DNA of 64,000 nt. It comes from a virus (lineage: Duplodnaviria; Caudoviricetes). How positions within the stretch are numbered: the stretch's first letter is position 1; the number at the start of each line of letters is the position of its first letter. A program made the position numbers and the translations under genes. The DNA lies in the IMG/VR virus record IMGVR_UViG_3300033120_000865, positions 1 to 64,000 of that record; one strand, given 5' to 3'. Under the pieces are notes generated by a model. It searched no databases and was not told the DNA's origin. It saw only the letters and a list, made by a program, of their open reading frames with translations. Shown here one piece after another: positions 39,133 through 46,980 of the stretch.

Positions 39133-39350
39133 CTTATATTATTTTTAAGATGATAAATAATAGTCATATAAGCTGTTTTTCTACCATGAGTATTTACAAT
39201 AATATCTCCTGAAACATTATACTCAAAAGTGTCTCCTTCTTCTATTTTTAATATAGAATCTGACACATTATTATAAGGGTTAAGATGAGCAGGAATATAT
39301 TCTGTTCCTGGTAGAAACATATTTTTAACTATTTCTAATTGTGGAGCCAT
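39123..39350 (-). CDS. hypothetical protein
   Basis: ORF in operon. Confidence 0.5.
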   Translation of the reverse strand: MAPQLEIVKNMFLPGTEYIPAHLNPYNNVSDSILKIEEGDTFEYNVSGDIIVNTHGRKTAYMTIIYHLKNNIRWL

Positions 39351-39354
39351 AATA

Positions 39355-39699
39355 TTATTTTGATTTAAGTTTTTCTATTTTTCTTATAGCTATTTGTTTA
39401 GCTATTGGTTCATAAGTTCTTAAAACGATATAATGCATCATAGATGTAATACCCATAATACAAAATATTGTTAATATAAAGTTCATTGCTTGCCAATCAC
39501 AAAAATCATAACTATAATCTACTATAAATAGTAGAATAATAGTTATATAATGACCAAGGCAATAAGGACAATGTATCAACTCTTCCAATTTAGAATGAAG
39601 AGTTGATACATATTCTCTTAAGAATTTAAAAATACTTGTTACTGTAATAGTAAATGATACACTACATACAATAAATGATAATAATAATAATTTTTCCAT
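39355..39699 (-). CDS. DUF1360-like membrane protein
   Basis: TM segments with ELIHCPYCLGHY. Confidence 0.65.
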   Translation of the reverse strand: MEKLLLLSFIVCSVSFTITVTSIFKFLREYVSTLHSKLEELIHCPYCLGHYITIILLFIVDYSYDFCDWQAMNFILTIFCIMGITSMMHYIVLRTYEPIAKQIAIRKIEKLKSK

Positions 39700-39872
39700 T
39701 ATATTACTATATCACCATCTTCATAATCTTCAGCCATATCACCATCTTTTAAAAGAGAGTCAATAGGAACTTTTCTTAATAAAGTAATTTCATCACAACC
39801 ACAACCACAACATGATGTATATTGTAATTTTACTTCTCTGTAATCTTTTTCTTCTTCTTTAGCTAATGCCAT
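39699..39872 (-). CDS. 57-aa protein with CCGCGC motif
   Basis: Manual ORF MALAKEEEKDYREVKLQYTSCCGCGCDEI...; TAATG overlap with next gene. Confidence 0.6.
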   Translation of the reverse strand: MALAKEEEKDYREVKLQYTSCCGCGCDEITLLRKVPIDSLLKDGDMAEDYEDGDIVI

Positions 39873-39944
39873 AATTAAATTTATTTAATTAATAATAAAA
39901 TGGAATATTTAATATTCTCATTATAATAAGTTTGATTAACATTT

Positions 39945-40166
39945 TCATGTTAAATATGTTTTAGGTAAACTAAGAATAATATAATGAGTGTATAGTTGAT
40001 TAATATACTCAGCATATCTATCTTTATGTCTGTATTTCTTTATTCTTTCTAGTTCATGTTTTTGAACTAATACTAATGAATCTCCTAATTTTAATAAGTT
40101 TACAAGCTTATCATTAATAGAAGGACCAGGATTCTTTTCATGAATCCAATTGCTTGATGCTGTCAT
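39945..40166 (-). CDS. hypothetical protein
   Basis: ORF in operon. Confidence 0.5.
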   Translation of the reverse strand: MTASSNWIHEKNPGPSINDKLVNLLKLGDSLVLVQKHELERIKKYRHKDRYAEYINQLYTHYIILSLPKTYLT

Positions 40167-40177
40167 ATATAATATGT

Positions 40178-40774
40178 TTATAAGTTTTCTTCTACTTCCT
40201 TTCTATTCCAATTATTTTTTAATTTCTTAATTGTAATAGTATTATCTTTAGGATTTATTTTAGTACATTTACTTAAATCTCCTTTAGTCCTTCTATTAGA
40301 ACAATAATCATATTCAACTAATACATCAGTAATAATTTCACCTTTATTATAAGATTCAATATATTTTTTAATGAATTGTTGTGATGGTTGAGGTAAAATA
40401 TATTTAACACTAGAGTCACTTCCTCTAACAAGACATTCTTCTAATTTAAATAATGAAGTATCTGTTGTAGCTATAATTTTTCTAAGATATTGTTCATAGT
40501 CTAAAGATTTCATATTATGAATAACTACTTTAGTAGCTTGATAAACAGAATTTTTATAACTGTCATATATATAATCACCTTCTTTTATTTTGTCATCTTG
40601 TTCTTTATTGCCAGATGAAATAATATATAGATTACAAGGTATTAAATCACTACTAGAAGAATGTGTATGTAATAATTGATTTTTAGTATTTAACCATAAT
40701 ATTTGTGATTTTCTATCAATACTATCCAATATAGTATGTAATAGTATTATCTGTGCTCTTTTAAACTGATTCAT
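40178..40774 (-). CDS. hypothetical protein
   Basis: ORF in operon. Confidence 0.7.
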   Translation of the reverse strand: MNQFKRAQIILLHTILDSIDRKSQILWLNTKNQLLHTHSSSSDLIPCNLYIISSGNKEQDDKIKEGDYIYDSYKNSVYQATKVVIHNMKSLDYEQYLRKIIATTDTSLFKLEECLVRGSDSSVKYILPQPSQQFIKKYIESYNKGEIITDVLVEYDYCSNRRTKGDLSKCTKINPKDNTITIKKLKNNWNRKEVEENL

Positions 40775-41185
40775 ATCATTTGTTTTTAAGATTAATAATT
40801 TATTTGTATTTTACACCTAAAACTAATAAAGATTTATTCGCAAACTTGCAGAACTATTATAAGAAACTGGTGCACTCAATATCTTGTGAAGTTATTAAGT
40901 TTTTTATCTGATTAGAGCATCTCACTCCTTTACATAACTATACCTTTTGAGCTGCATCAATGTGGCTGTTCATAAACTAGCTTAAATAGCATCTTAAGTA
41001 TATATCGTTCTTTAATGATTAAGACTATCTTGTTTTTAGTCAACTATACTATTTACATATTTTAAAATCACTTGTCCATATCTAGTGGAATATAATAGTG
41101 GTTATCTCCACTATAATATGTTTTTATTTTAGAATACCTCTACAATATTAGAAATGTTGATTTCATTTGTGATTATTTTAAATTA

Positions 41186-41326
41186 TTAATAAAATGGTTT
41201 AGTCATAACATATAAAAATGCTGAATATGAACATCTACCTGATTGATAAAAATATTGAGCTATTGTAATAGCTCTTGATTTATTCTCTTTAGTAAGAGAT
41301 TTGAATAATATACTTGATATATCCAT
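41186..41326 (-). CDS. small hypothetical protein (46 aa)
   Basis: MDISSILFK...; shorter start preferred because the longer one overlaps a 14-bp hairpin. Confidence 0.45.
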   Translation of the reverse strand: MDISSILFKSLTKENKSRAITIAQYFYQSGRCSYSAFLYVMTKPFY

Positions 41327-41589
41327 AATATTTAAGTTTTGGCTATTAGTATAAAATAAATAAAATACTATCCTAAATGGGAGTAAACCCCTATAGGTCA
41401 TGACTCCTATATTGTCTGTTTATTAGGATAGTATTTCCAATGAACTTGTGCTTATCTATCAAATATTGGCTTAATAGAAAAATGCCCAGAATGCTACCAA
41501 TATGGTCTAACATTTTATTCCAACACATTTTTGTCAGGGTGTAATTCATTGTTTATTGTGGTCATGCCCACCTGTTATACATGAATTTG

Positions 41590-41666
41590 TAGCATTGAGA
41601 GGATTTACACCTCCAAATAGGGCTGATGTTTGGATGCCCTTGTTTTCTATTTTAAACTACAATGCT
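41590..41666 (-). tRNA. tRNA-like RNA with non-canonical 12-nt anticodon loop
   Basis: Acceptor AGCAUUG/CAAUGCU, UA linker, D arm GUUU/AAAC, stem AGGGC/GCCCU, T arm GGAGG-UGUAAAU-CCUCU. Confidence 0.7.
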
Positions 41667-41808
41667 TGAATTTTAATACTTTAATATAATTACCCATTGA
41701 TAATTAATAACTTAGTTATGTAAATTCTTAAAGTATTAGTATATTTTGAGTAACATCTTACCTCTATTTTGTAGTTGTCGAGATTATAAAGATATTGCTC
41801 TTGAAGTA

Positions 41809-42033
41809 TTATATACCACCAGTTCTATGTAAAACAGCTATTTGTTTATCAATAGAATATCCATTTAATGAAAGCTGGTGTTGTTGTGCTATTTTATTCT
41901 TTAGATTTTCTGTCTCTTCAAGTAATGCTTTACCTAAATAACCAGAAGCTATTAATCTAAATTTATAGTGGTCTAATATATCTAATAGTGATATAGTTTC
42001 CTCTTCTGTTAATATAAGATTGATTGGTATCAT
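41809..42033 (-). CDS. early hypothetical protein
   Basis: ORF. Confidence 0.5.
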   Translation of the reverse strand: MIPINLILTEEETISLLDILDHYKFRLIASGYLGKALLEETENLKNKIAQQHQLSLNGYSIDKQIAVLHRTGGI

Positions 42034-42043
42034 AATATAAATA

Positions 42044-42274
42044 TTAAAAGATTTTTCTATTAATTTCAGGGTAATCAGTTGATTCTACTTTAACCATTAT
42101 ATCTCCACAACATATTGTATAATGTGTTCCTTTAAATACATCACTAAATGATGTAGTATATTTAAGGTTATATTTATTAACAAATTGTCTTCCTTCATAG
42201 AATGAAAATGAAGCTATATTATGTCCACTATCTTTATTTTGAGTTATTTCTTTTGGTATGATTGATGTGTTCAT
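42044..42274 (-). CDS. early hypothetical protein
   Basis: ORF. Confidence 0.55.
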   Translation of the reverse strand: MNTSIIPKEITQNKDSGHNIASFSFYEGRQFVNKYNLKYTTSFSDVFKGTHYTICCGDIMVKVESTDYPEINRKIF

Positions 42275-42334
42275 AATTTAAGTTTTAGCTATTAATAAAT
42301 ATGTTTTATTTATTTGTGTAATTTAAATGTAGTT

Positions 42335-42521
42335 AAAACTGGATGTATATGTAGTGACACACACTCTTATCATCATATTAATCAATATAATTGGAATAAT
42401 ATAGTAAGACTTCTATCTATTACTATATTAACAATCTTGCCTAATACAAAATGAGTAGCATTTACTTCTTTAATATTCAAATTTTACTTTTAATATCTTA
42501 TACTACATATACTCCAGTTTT
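42335..42521. repeat. 187-nt element bounded by a 20-bp inverted repeat
   Basis: AAAACTGGATGTATATGTAGT ... ACTACATATACTCCAGTTTT (one bulge), internal 11-bp stem at 42397-42430. Confidence 0.7.
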
Positions 42522-42721
42522 TATTCCAACTAATTATACTTCCACCTTATTTAATCACATCCTTTACCTTATATATGTAATATTGTAATCACCTCAATAC
42601 CTTAATAGGTATTATATTAGATTATATCTACAAATTAGTGTGGGTTTTTAGAGTGGGAAACCACTGATAAATAAGATAGAGAACAAGGTTCTTTGATTTA
42701 ATAGTGTTGTTAAATAAAAAT

Positions 42722-42750
42722 AAAAAAGAAAGGGAGATTGCTCTCCCCTT
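42722..42750 (-). terminator. intrinsic terminator
   Basis: GGGAGA/TCTCCC stem with U tract after 42755 stop. Confidence 0.7.
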
Positions 42751-42754
42751 ATTA

Positions 42755-43027
42755 TTATAGTGTCATCTCAGCATCAGCATATTTGACAATTCTATAAGCT
42801 TGGTATTCACCTTGCTCACCTTTTCTTACTTCATGTTGTAGTCCTAATCCAGCTAGATTAGCATCTTTCTTCAACTCAGCAACAGTGTCTTTATGGATAG
42901 ATACAGCAACTCTGTTGTCATTATCCCAGTGTCTCATCCACTCAGTAGTTTCACCAGCTTCATTTTTAGCAGTGTTCAATTCAAAGGTTGGAATTCCTAA
43001 TTTAGTTTTAATGTCTTGTAATTTCAT
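42755..43027 (-). CDS. early hypothetical protein
   Basis: ORF between motif copy and terminator. Confidence 0.75.
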   Translation of the reverse strand: MKLQDIKTKLGIPTFELNTAKNEAGETTEWMRHWDNDNRVAVSIHKDTVAELKKDANLAGLGLQHEVRKGEQGEYQAYRIVKYADAEMTL

Positions 43028-43095
43028 GATAATTTAATTTAATGATTTATACTCAAGATAAGTGTGGGTTTTTAAGATGGGTTATAGATGAAAAC

Positions 43096-43115
43096 AAAAA
43101 GGGCTAATTGCCCTT
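43096..43115 (-). terminator. intrinsic terminator
   Basis: AAGGGC/GCCCTT stem with U tract. Confidence 0.6.
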
Positions 43116-43121
43116 AATGGT

Positions 43122-43199
43122 TTACTGTCTGTCATAGCTGTTGAAATCTGCTAGGTTAGCAGACAATGAGCCATCAGGTAATTGATACATTGTTCTCAT
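43122..43199 (-). CDS. 25-aa peptide (candidate)
   Basis: MRTMYQLPDGSLSANLADFNSYDRQ, directly followed by terminator. Confidence 0.35.
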   Translation of the reverse strand: MRTMYQLPDGSLSANLADFNSYDRQ

Positions 43200-43224
43200 G
43201 GGTAATAGTGGTTAGTAGTAAGGA

Positions 43225-43455
43225 TTAGTTAGGGTTTTTAGTTCTAGTGATTAGGATGAAGCCTAATGCTAATGTGCTTAATATAAGTATATACATTGAG
43301 CAGTTGTACATTTCAACTTCTTGGTCTAGTACAGCAGACATAGTACCATGAACATCATCAACATTGACATGATTGTAGATACAACATACAATAGATGAGT
43401 AGAACATTGATAGACATAGGATAGAGATGAAGAATATTTTACATACTTTAATCAT
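43225..43455 (-). CDS. early two-TM membrane protein
   Basis: First gene of the leftward arm; two hydrophobic segments. Confidence 0.5.
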   Translation of the reverse strand: MIKVCKIFFISILCLSMFYSSIVCCIYNHVNVDDVHGTMSAVLDQEVEMYNCSMYILILSTLALGFILITRTKNPN

Positions 43456-43872
43456 GGCTGGAGAATTTAGTTGTTAGTATAAAGAGTGGGGGGTAGTTCC
43501 CCTCTAAGGATTGGTGGGGGTCTTTATGTGGGGTGGTTCACACTCCTATTATTTCTCACTAAAAATTTTTTCCTAGAAAATTTTAGACATAAAAAAACTC
43601 TCATAAGATTGAGAGTTCAGTAAAAACCTTAAAAGAAAAAGAACCAAAAAGAAAACTATATATTTAGCCTATTATTCTTTCAGAATCATTGGTTGACTAT
43701 GGTGTGTGAACACACATAGAAAACTATGTTTGGCAAAGTTAGTCTTTTTTTTTGACATAATCAAGTATTTTATAGAGTTTTTAGAAAAAGTTATTAACAA
43801 TCTGGCTACACTATTAACTTCCTGGTATTATTAAATTTATTAAAATGTTTTTGTTTATATTAATTTTTTAAT

Positions 43873-43880
43873 TAACTTTG
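43873..43880 (+). promoter_or_regulatory. Bacteroidota-type -7 promoter box for the late arm
   Basis: TAACTTTG; divergent copy on minus strand at 43734-43741. Confidence 0.6.
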
Positions 43881-44264
43881 CTTCAAATTAAAATGAATAA
43901 TATGATAATAGAATTCAATACCTCAAAAGCTTCTTTAGAAGAAACCTTTGATAGAGCAATGCAAGCAGAGACTACAGGAGAGGCTTCTCTAACTTTTCAT
44001 AGAGAAAGAGATTACATTTCTACAACAGCAATTGAAATGGATAATGTAGTTGATTATGAAGTAGGTAAAGTTTGGGTAAATAACCAGGAATATGATTGTG
44101 TGTATGCTAAGTTAGATATTACTGATGATTCTTATACAAGAAATCTAATGATAACAGGTGCAGATTTTAGAGTATTATTAGAGAGTACTAGAAATATAAA
44201 AATAAGAAGTGCAGAAGAAATGTTAAATAAGATAAACAATGAAAATAATCCAACAAGTATTTAA
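43878..44264 (+). CDS. hypothetical protein (true start probably ATG 43893 or 43902)
   Basis: First rightward ORF; track start overlaps the promoter box. Confidence 0.65.
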   Translation: MLQIKMNNMIIEFNTSKASLEETFDRAMQAETTGEASLTFHRERDYISTTAIEMDNVVDYEVGKVWVNNQEYDCVYAKLDITDDSYTRNLMITGADFRVLLESTRNIKIRSAEEMLNKINNENNPTSI

Positions 44265-44601
44265 GTTAGAAAGAAGTGAATATTATACCATGCATCTTGG
44301 TATTATTAACTCTGTATTACCAGTTAAATTAAGTGATAAAGAGTTGGAAGTTTTAGCAGCTTTTATGGCATTAGATGAGAATATTATTAAAGATGATAAT
44401 TTTAATTCATTTGCTAGGAAAATTGTTAGAGAAAAATTAAAACCTAATCTTTCTTCTGCTGGTTTAAGTAATCACTTGAAGTCAATGATTGATAAAGGTT
44501 TTCTTTCTAAAGATAGTATTACAAATGTAATTACTATTAAAGAGTTTTTAAAACCAGAACAAGATACACAAGGTTATCAATTTAAAATTAGTAAAATATG
44601 A
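44239..44601 (+). CDS. winged-helix DNA-binding protein
   Basis: LSDKELEVLA...LSSAGLSNHLKSMIDKGFL. Confidence 0.65.
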   Translation: MKIIQQVFKLERSEYYTMHLGIINSVLPVKLSDKELEVLAAFMALDENIIKDDNFNSFARKIVREKLKPNLSSAGLSNHLKSMIDKGFLSKDSITNVITIKEFLKPEQDTQGYQFKISKI

Positions 44602-44903
44602 AATACATATTAGGAGTATATGGTAAAACAGCATATAATTTATACTCACATCAACATGAATATACAACTAAAATTTTAGTCTCACAAGATGTTCTTGATT
44701 TTTTAAATAATCATGATATAGAAATAACATCAAAAGGAGAAAGACTTTATATTATGAATAATGTAAAGTATATTTATTTAGGTATAGATTTTGAACCAGA
44801 AGTAGATATAAAAGAAGTAGTAAAAAAATATCAATATATGTATGACATTATAGTTGGAAGACTTGAAGAATTAATAAAGAAAGAATATGAGAAAAACAAA
44901 TGA
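44598..44903 (+). CDS. hypothetical protein
   Basis: ORF in operon. Confidence 0.55.
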   Translation: MKYILGVYGKTAYNLYSHQHEYTTKILVSQDVLDFLNNHDIEITSKGERLYIMNNVKYIYLGIDFEPEVDIKEVVKKYQYMYDIIVGRLEELIKKEYEKNK

Positions 44904-45210
44904 TATATTAATTACTGAATTTCATAAAGAAAAATTAGATGTGTATCCTGATATTAATTTAGACCAAGCAAAAGAAATATGTAATGCTCCCTGGTTATTT
45001 TTAAAAGAAGAAATGGAAAGTGGAGAATTACCAGAAGTTAGATTTAAATATTTTGGCACTTTTCAAGTTTATAAAGGTAGAGCAAAGAATATGTTAGATA
45101 ATTTGAAAGAAAGATTTAGGTTTAATAAGGTAGATAAAAAAGAATACTTTAGAATTAAAAATATTTTAGATAATTTTTTAAATAAAAAAGAAGATGATTT
45201 GGAAAAATAA
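44887..45210 (+). CDS. HU/IHF-like DNA-binding protein
   Basis: EVRFKYFGTFQV motif. Confidence 0.6.
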   Translation: MRKTNDILITEFHKEKLDVYPDINLDQAKEICNAPWLFLKEEMESGELPEVRFKYFGTFQVYKGRAKNMLDNLKERFRFNKVDKKEYFRIKNILDNFLNKKEDDLEK

Positions 45211-45487
45211 ACATATAAATATAGGAGAAGTTAAAGTAGGTAAGAAAAAAATGATTACATTTAATGGTCTTGAAAATCTACCAGAGATTAGAAGTATGAC
45301 TTCAACTTGTGGATGTAGTGCTCCAAAAATAGAAGGTAATAATATAGTAGTTATATTTGTTGCTCCTTCTATTCCTTTAAATAAGATTACTATTGGTTAT
45401 GATAATATTATAAAACAAGTAAAAATTATCTATAGAGATGGTACACAAGATACATTAAGTTTTTCAGCTAAAATAATTAAAAATTAA
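45194..45487 (+). CDS. DUF1573-like Ig-fold protein
   Basis: INIGEV...STCGCSAP. Confidence 0.65.
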   Translation: MIWKNKHINIGEVKVGKKKMITFNGLENLPEIRSMTSTCGCSAPKIEGNNIVVIFVAPSIPLNKITIGYDNIIKQVKIIYRDGTQDTLSFSAKIIKN

Positions 45488-45490
45488 ATT

Positions 45491-45982
45491 ATGAGAACAA
45501 GTGTTAAAGGAATAGCAATGATAAAGAGTTTTGAAAGTTTACATGATGGGGATTTAAGTATGATTGGTTTACAACCTAAAATGGACCCAGTGGGAATATG
45601 GACTGAAGGTTATGGTAGAGCAATGAGAGATAAGAATGGAAATTTTATTAAAGGTATTCTTAATAAAAAATTAGTTTATGAATGTATTACTATTAAGACA
45701 GAAGTTCAAGCAGAGAAAGCTTTAATAGAAGATTTAGCAGCAAGAGAGCATGTTGTTATGCAAAATATTAGAATTAAATTAAATCAGAATCAATTTGATG
45801 CATTGGTTTCCTATGTATATAATACAGGTGGTTCTTCTACTTTATATAATCTTATTAATAAGAATGCAGGTAAAGAAAAAATCCAAAATTGGTTTGAAAC
45901 TAAGTATATAACCAGTGGAGGGATTAAATTACCAGGATTAGTAAATAGAAGAAAAGCAGAATCAACTTTATATTTTAGTTAA
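45491..45982 (+). CDS. endolysin, GH24 lysozyme
   Basis: IKSFES, DPVGIWTEGYG, LNQNQFDALVSYVYNTG, LPGLVNRRKAE. Confidence 0.93.
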   Translation: MRTSVKGIAMIKSFESLHDGDLSMIGLQPKMDPVGIWTEGYGRAMRDKNGNFIKGILNKKLVYECITIKTEVQAEKALIEDLAAREHVVMQNIRIKLNQNQFDALVSYVYNTGGSSTLYNLINKNAGKEKIQNWFETKYITSGGIKLPGLVNRRKAESTLYFS

Positions 45983-45983
45983 T

Positions 45984-46556
45984 ATGGCATATTTATTTCA
46001 AATAAATGGAAAGGCAGTATTTCCAAATCCTGAGACTCTATTAATCTCTCCATTCAAAGAAATATGGGATAGAGATTTAAGTTCAGAAAAAGAAAATGCT
46101 ATACAAGAATTTGCTTACATAGAGTTTATGACTTCTATGTTAAAGTCAAATCCTTATAGGGAATATCCAGAAACTAAGAAAGATGAAATTATTAGAAAAG
46201 ATATTATCACACAAATAGAATGGCAACCTGATGATTTAGTTGTAGAAGCAATGGAATGGTTGGTTAATAAACAAACTGAAGGTTCTATTACTTTTACTTA
46301 TTGGTTATCTAATAAAGCAGCTATTGAGAAAATGATTAATTTTTTTAATAATTTTGATATTGATGAAAGAAACTTTAAATCTGGAATGCCTATTTATAAA
46401 CCAAAAGATATTACAAGTGCAGTGGCTGATGCTGAAAAAACATTGACTACATTAAGTGCATTAAAAACAAAAGTAGATGAGGAATTATATGAGAGCAATA
46501 GAAATAGGGCAGATAAAGTAATCAGTCCTTTTGCAAATCCAAACAGTTTAAAATAA
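45984..46556 (+). CDS. conserved protein upstream of TerL (terminase small subunit candidate)
   Basis: Position and helical character; function inferred. Confidence 0.55.
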   Translation: MAYLFQINGKAVFPNPETLLISPFKEIWDRDLSSEKENAIQEFAYIEFMTSMLKSNPYREYPETKKDEIIRKDIITQIEWQPDDLVVEAMEWLVNKQTEGSITFTYWLSNKAAIEKMINFFNNFDIDERNFKSGMPIYKPKDITSAVADAEKTLTTLSALKTKVDEELYESNRNRADKVISPFANPNSLK

Positions 46557-46562
46557 AAAATT

Positions 46563-46979
46563 ATGAGTGTAGTTAAAAAAAATTTATTAGATTATTTAGA
46601 TAAAGATGAATCTAATGAGAATGAAAAATCTTCTATACAAGCAGTTTTATTTAAGGCACAAGTAGATACTAAAATAACTCATTTATTACAAAAAGATAAA
46701 ACATTAGCAAGACATAATGCAATGGGAATGTTTTATGATGAGATAGGTGATAAAATTGACACATTTGTAGAGACATATATGGGATTATATTCTATTGAAG
46801 ATATATGTACAGAAGAAAGTTGTTGTATTAAAGAGCCATTGACTTATTTTCAAAATTTATATAGTCAGATAGAACTATTAAGAAAGCCTATTAAGGAAAC
46901 ATTTTTACAAAATCAAATTGATGAAATGCAACAATTAATTGCACATACTCTTTATAGACTTAAAAATATAATTACATAA
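46563..46979 (+). CDS. ferritin/Dps-like (DUF5856-like) protein
   Basis: THL...HNAMGMFYDEI...DTFVETYMG...LQNQIDEM...YRL. Confidence 0.75.
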   Translation: MSVVKKNLLDYLDKDESNENEKSSIQAVLFKAQVDTKITHLLQKDKTLARHNAMGMFYDEIGDKIDTFVETYMGLYSIEDICTEESCCIKEPLTYFQNLYSQIELLRKPIKETFLQNQIDEMQQLIAHTLYRLKNIIT

Positions 46980-46980
46980 T

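Larger units (their letters stand above)
42637..43081 (-). repeat. two copies of a 21-nt motif (42637-42657, 43061-43081), candidate early promoter
   Basis: CCCACTCTAAAAACCCACACT and CCCATCTTAAAAACCCACACT on minus strand, each downstream of a terminator. Confidence 0.6.

Noticed and set aside
40860-40905. Twister ribozyme (UAA...UCACAAG...GAGUG resemblance)
   Set aside because: Too short and lacks the P4 stem and second pseudoknot; kept only as an unassigned structured RNA.
41590-41666. Canonical decoding tRNA (e.g. reading CCA, CAA or CAU in the loop)
   Set aside because: The loop is 12 nt without a U33 turn, so no anticodon can be assigned; kept as tRNA-like only.
40780-43870. CRISPR array or DGR template in the non-coding early region
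   Set aside because: No regularly spaced direct repeats, no reverse transcriptase and no adenine-variant repeat pair seen.
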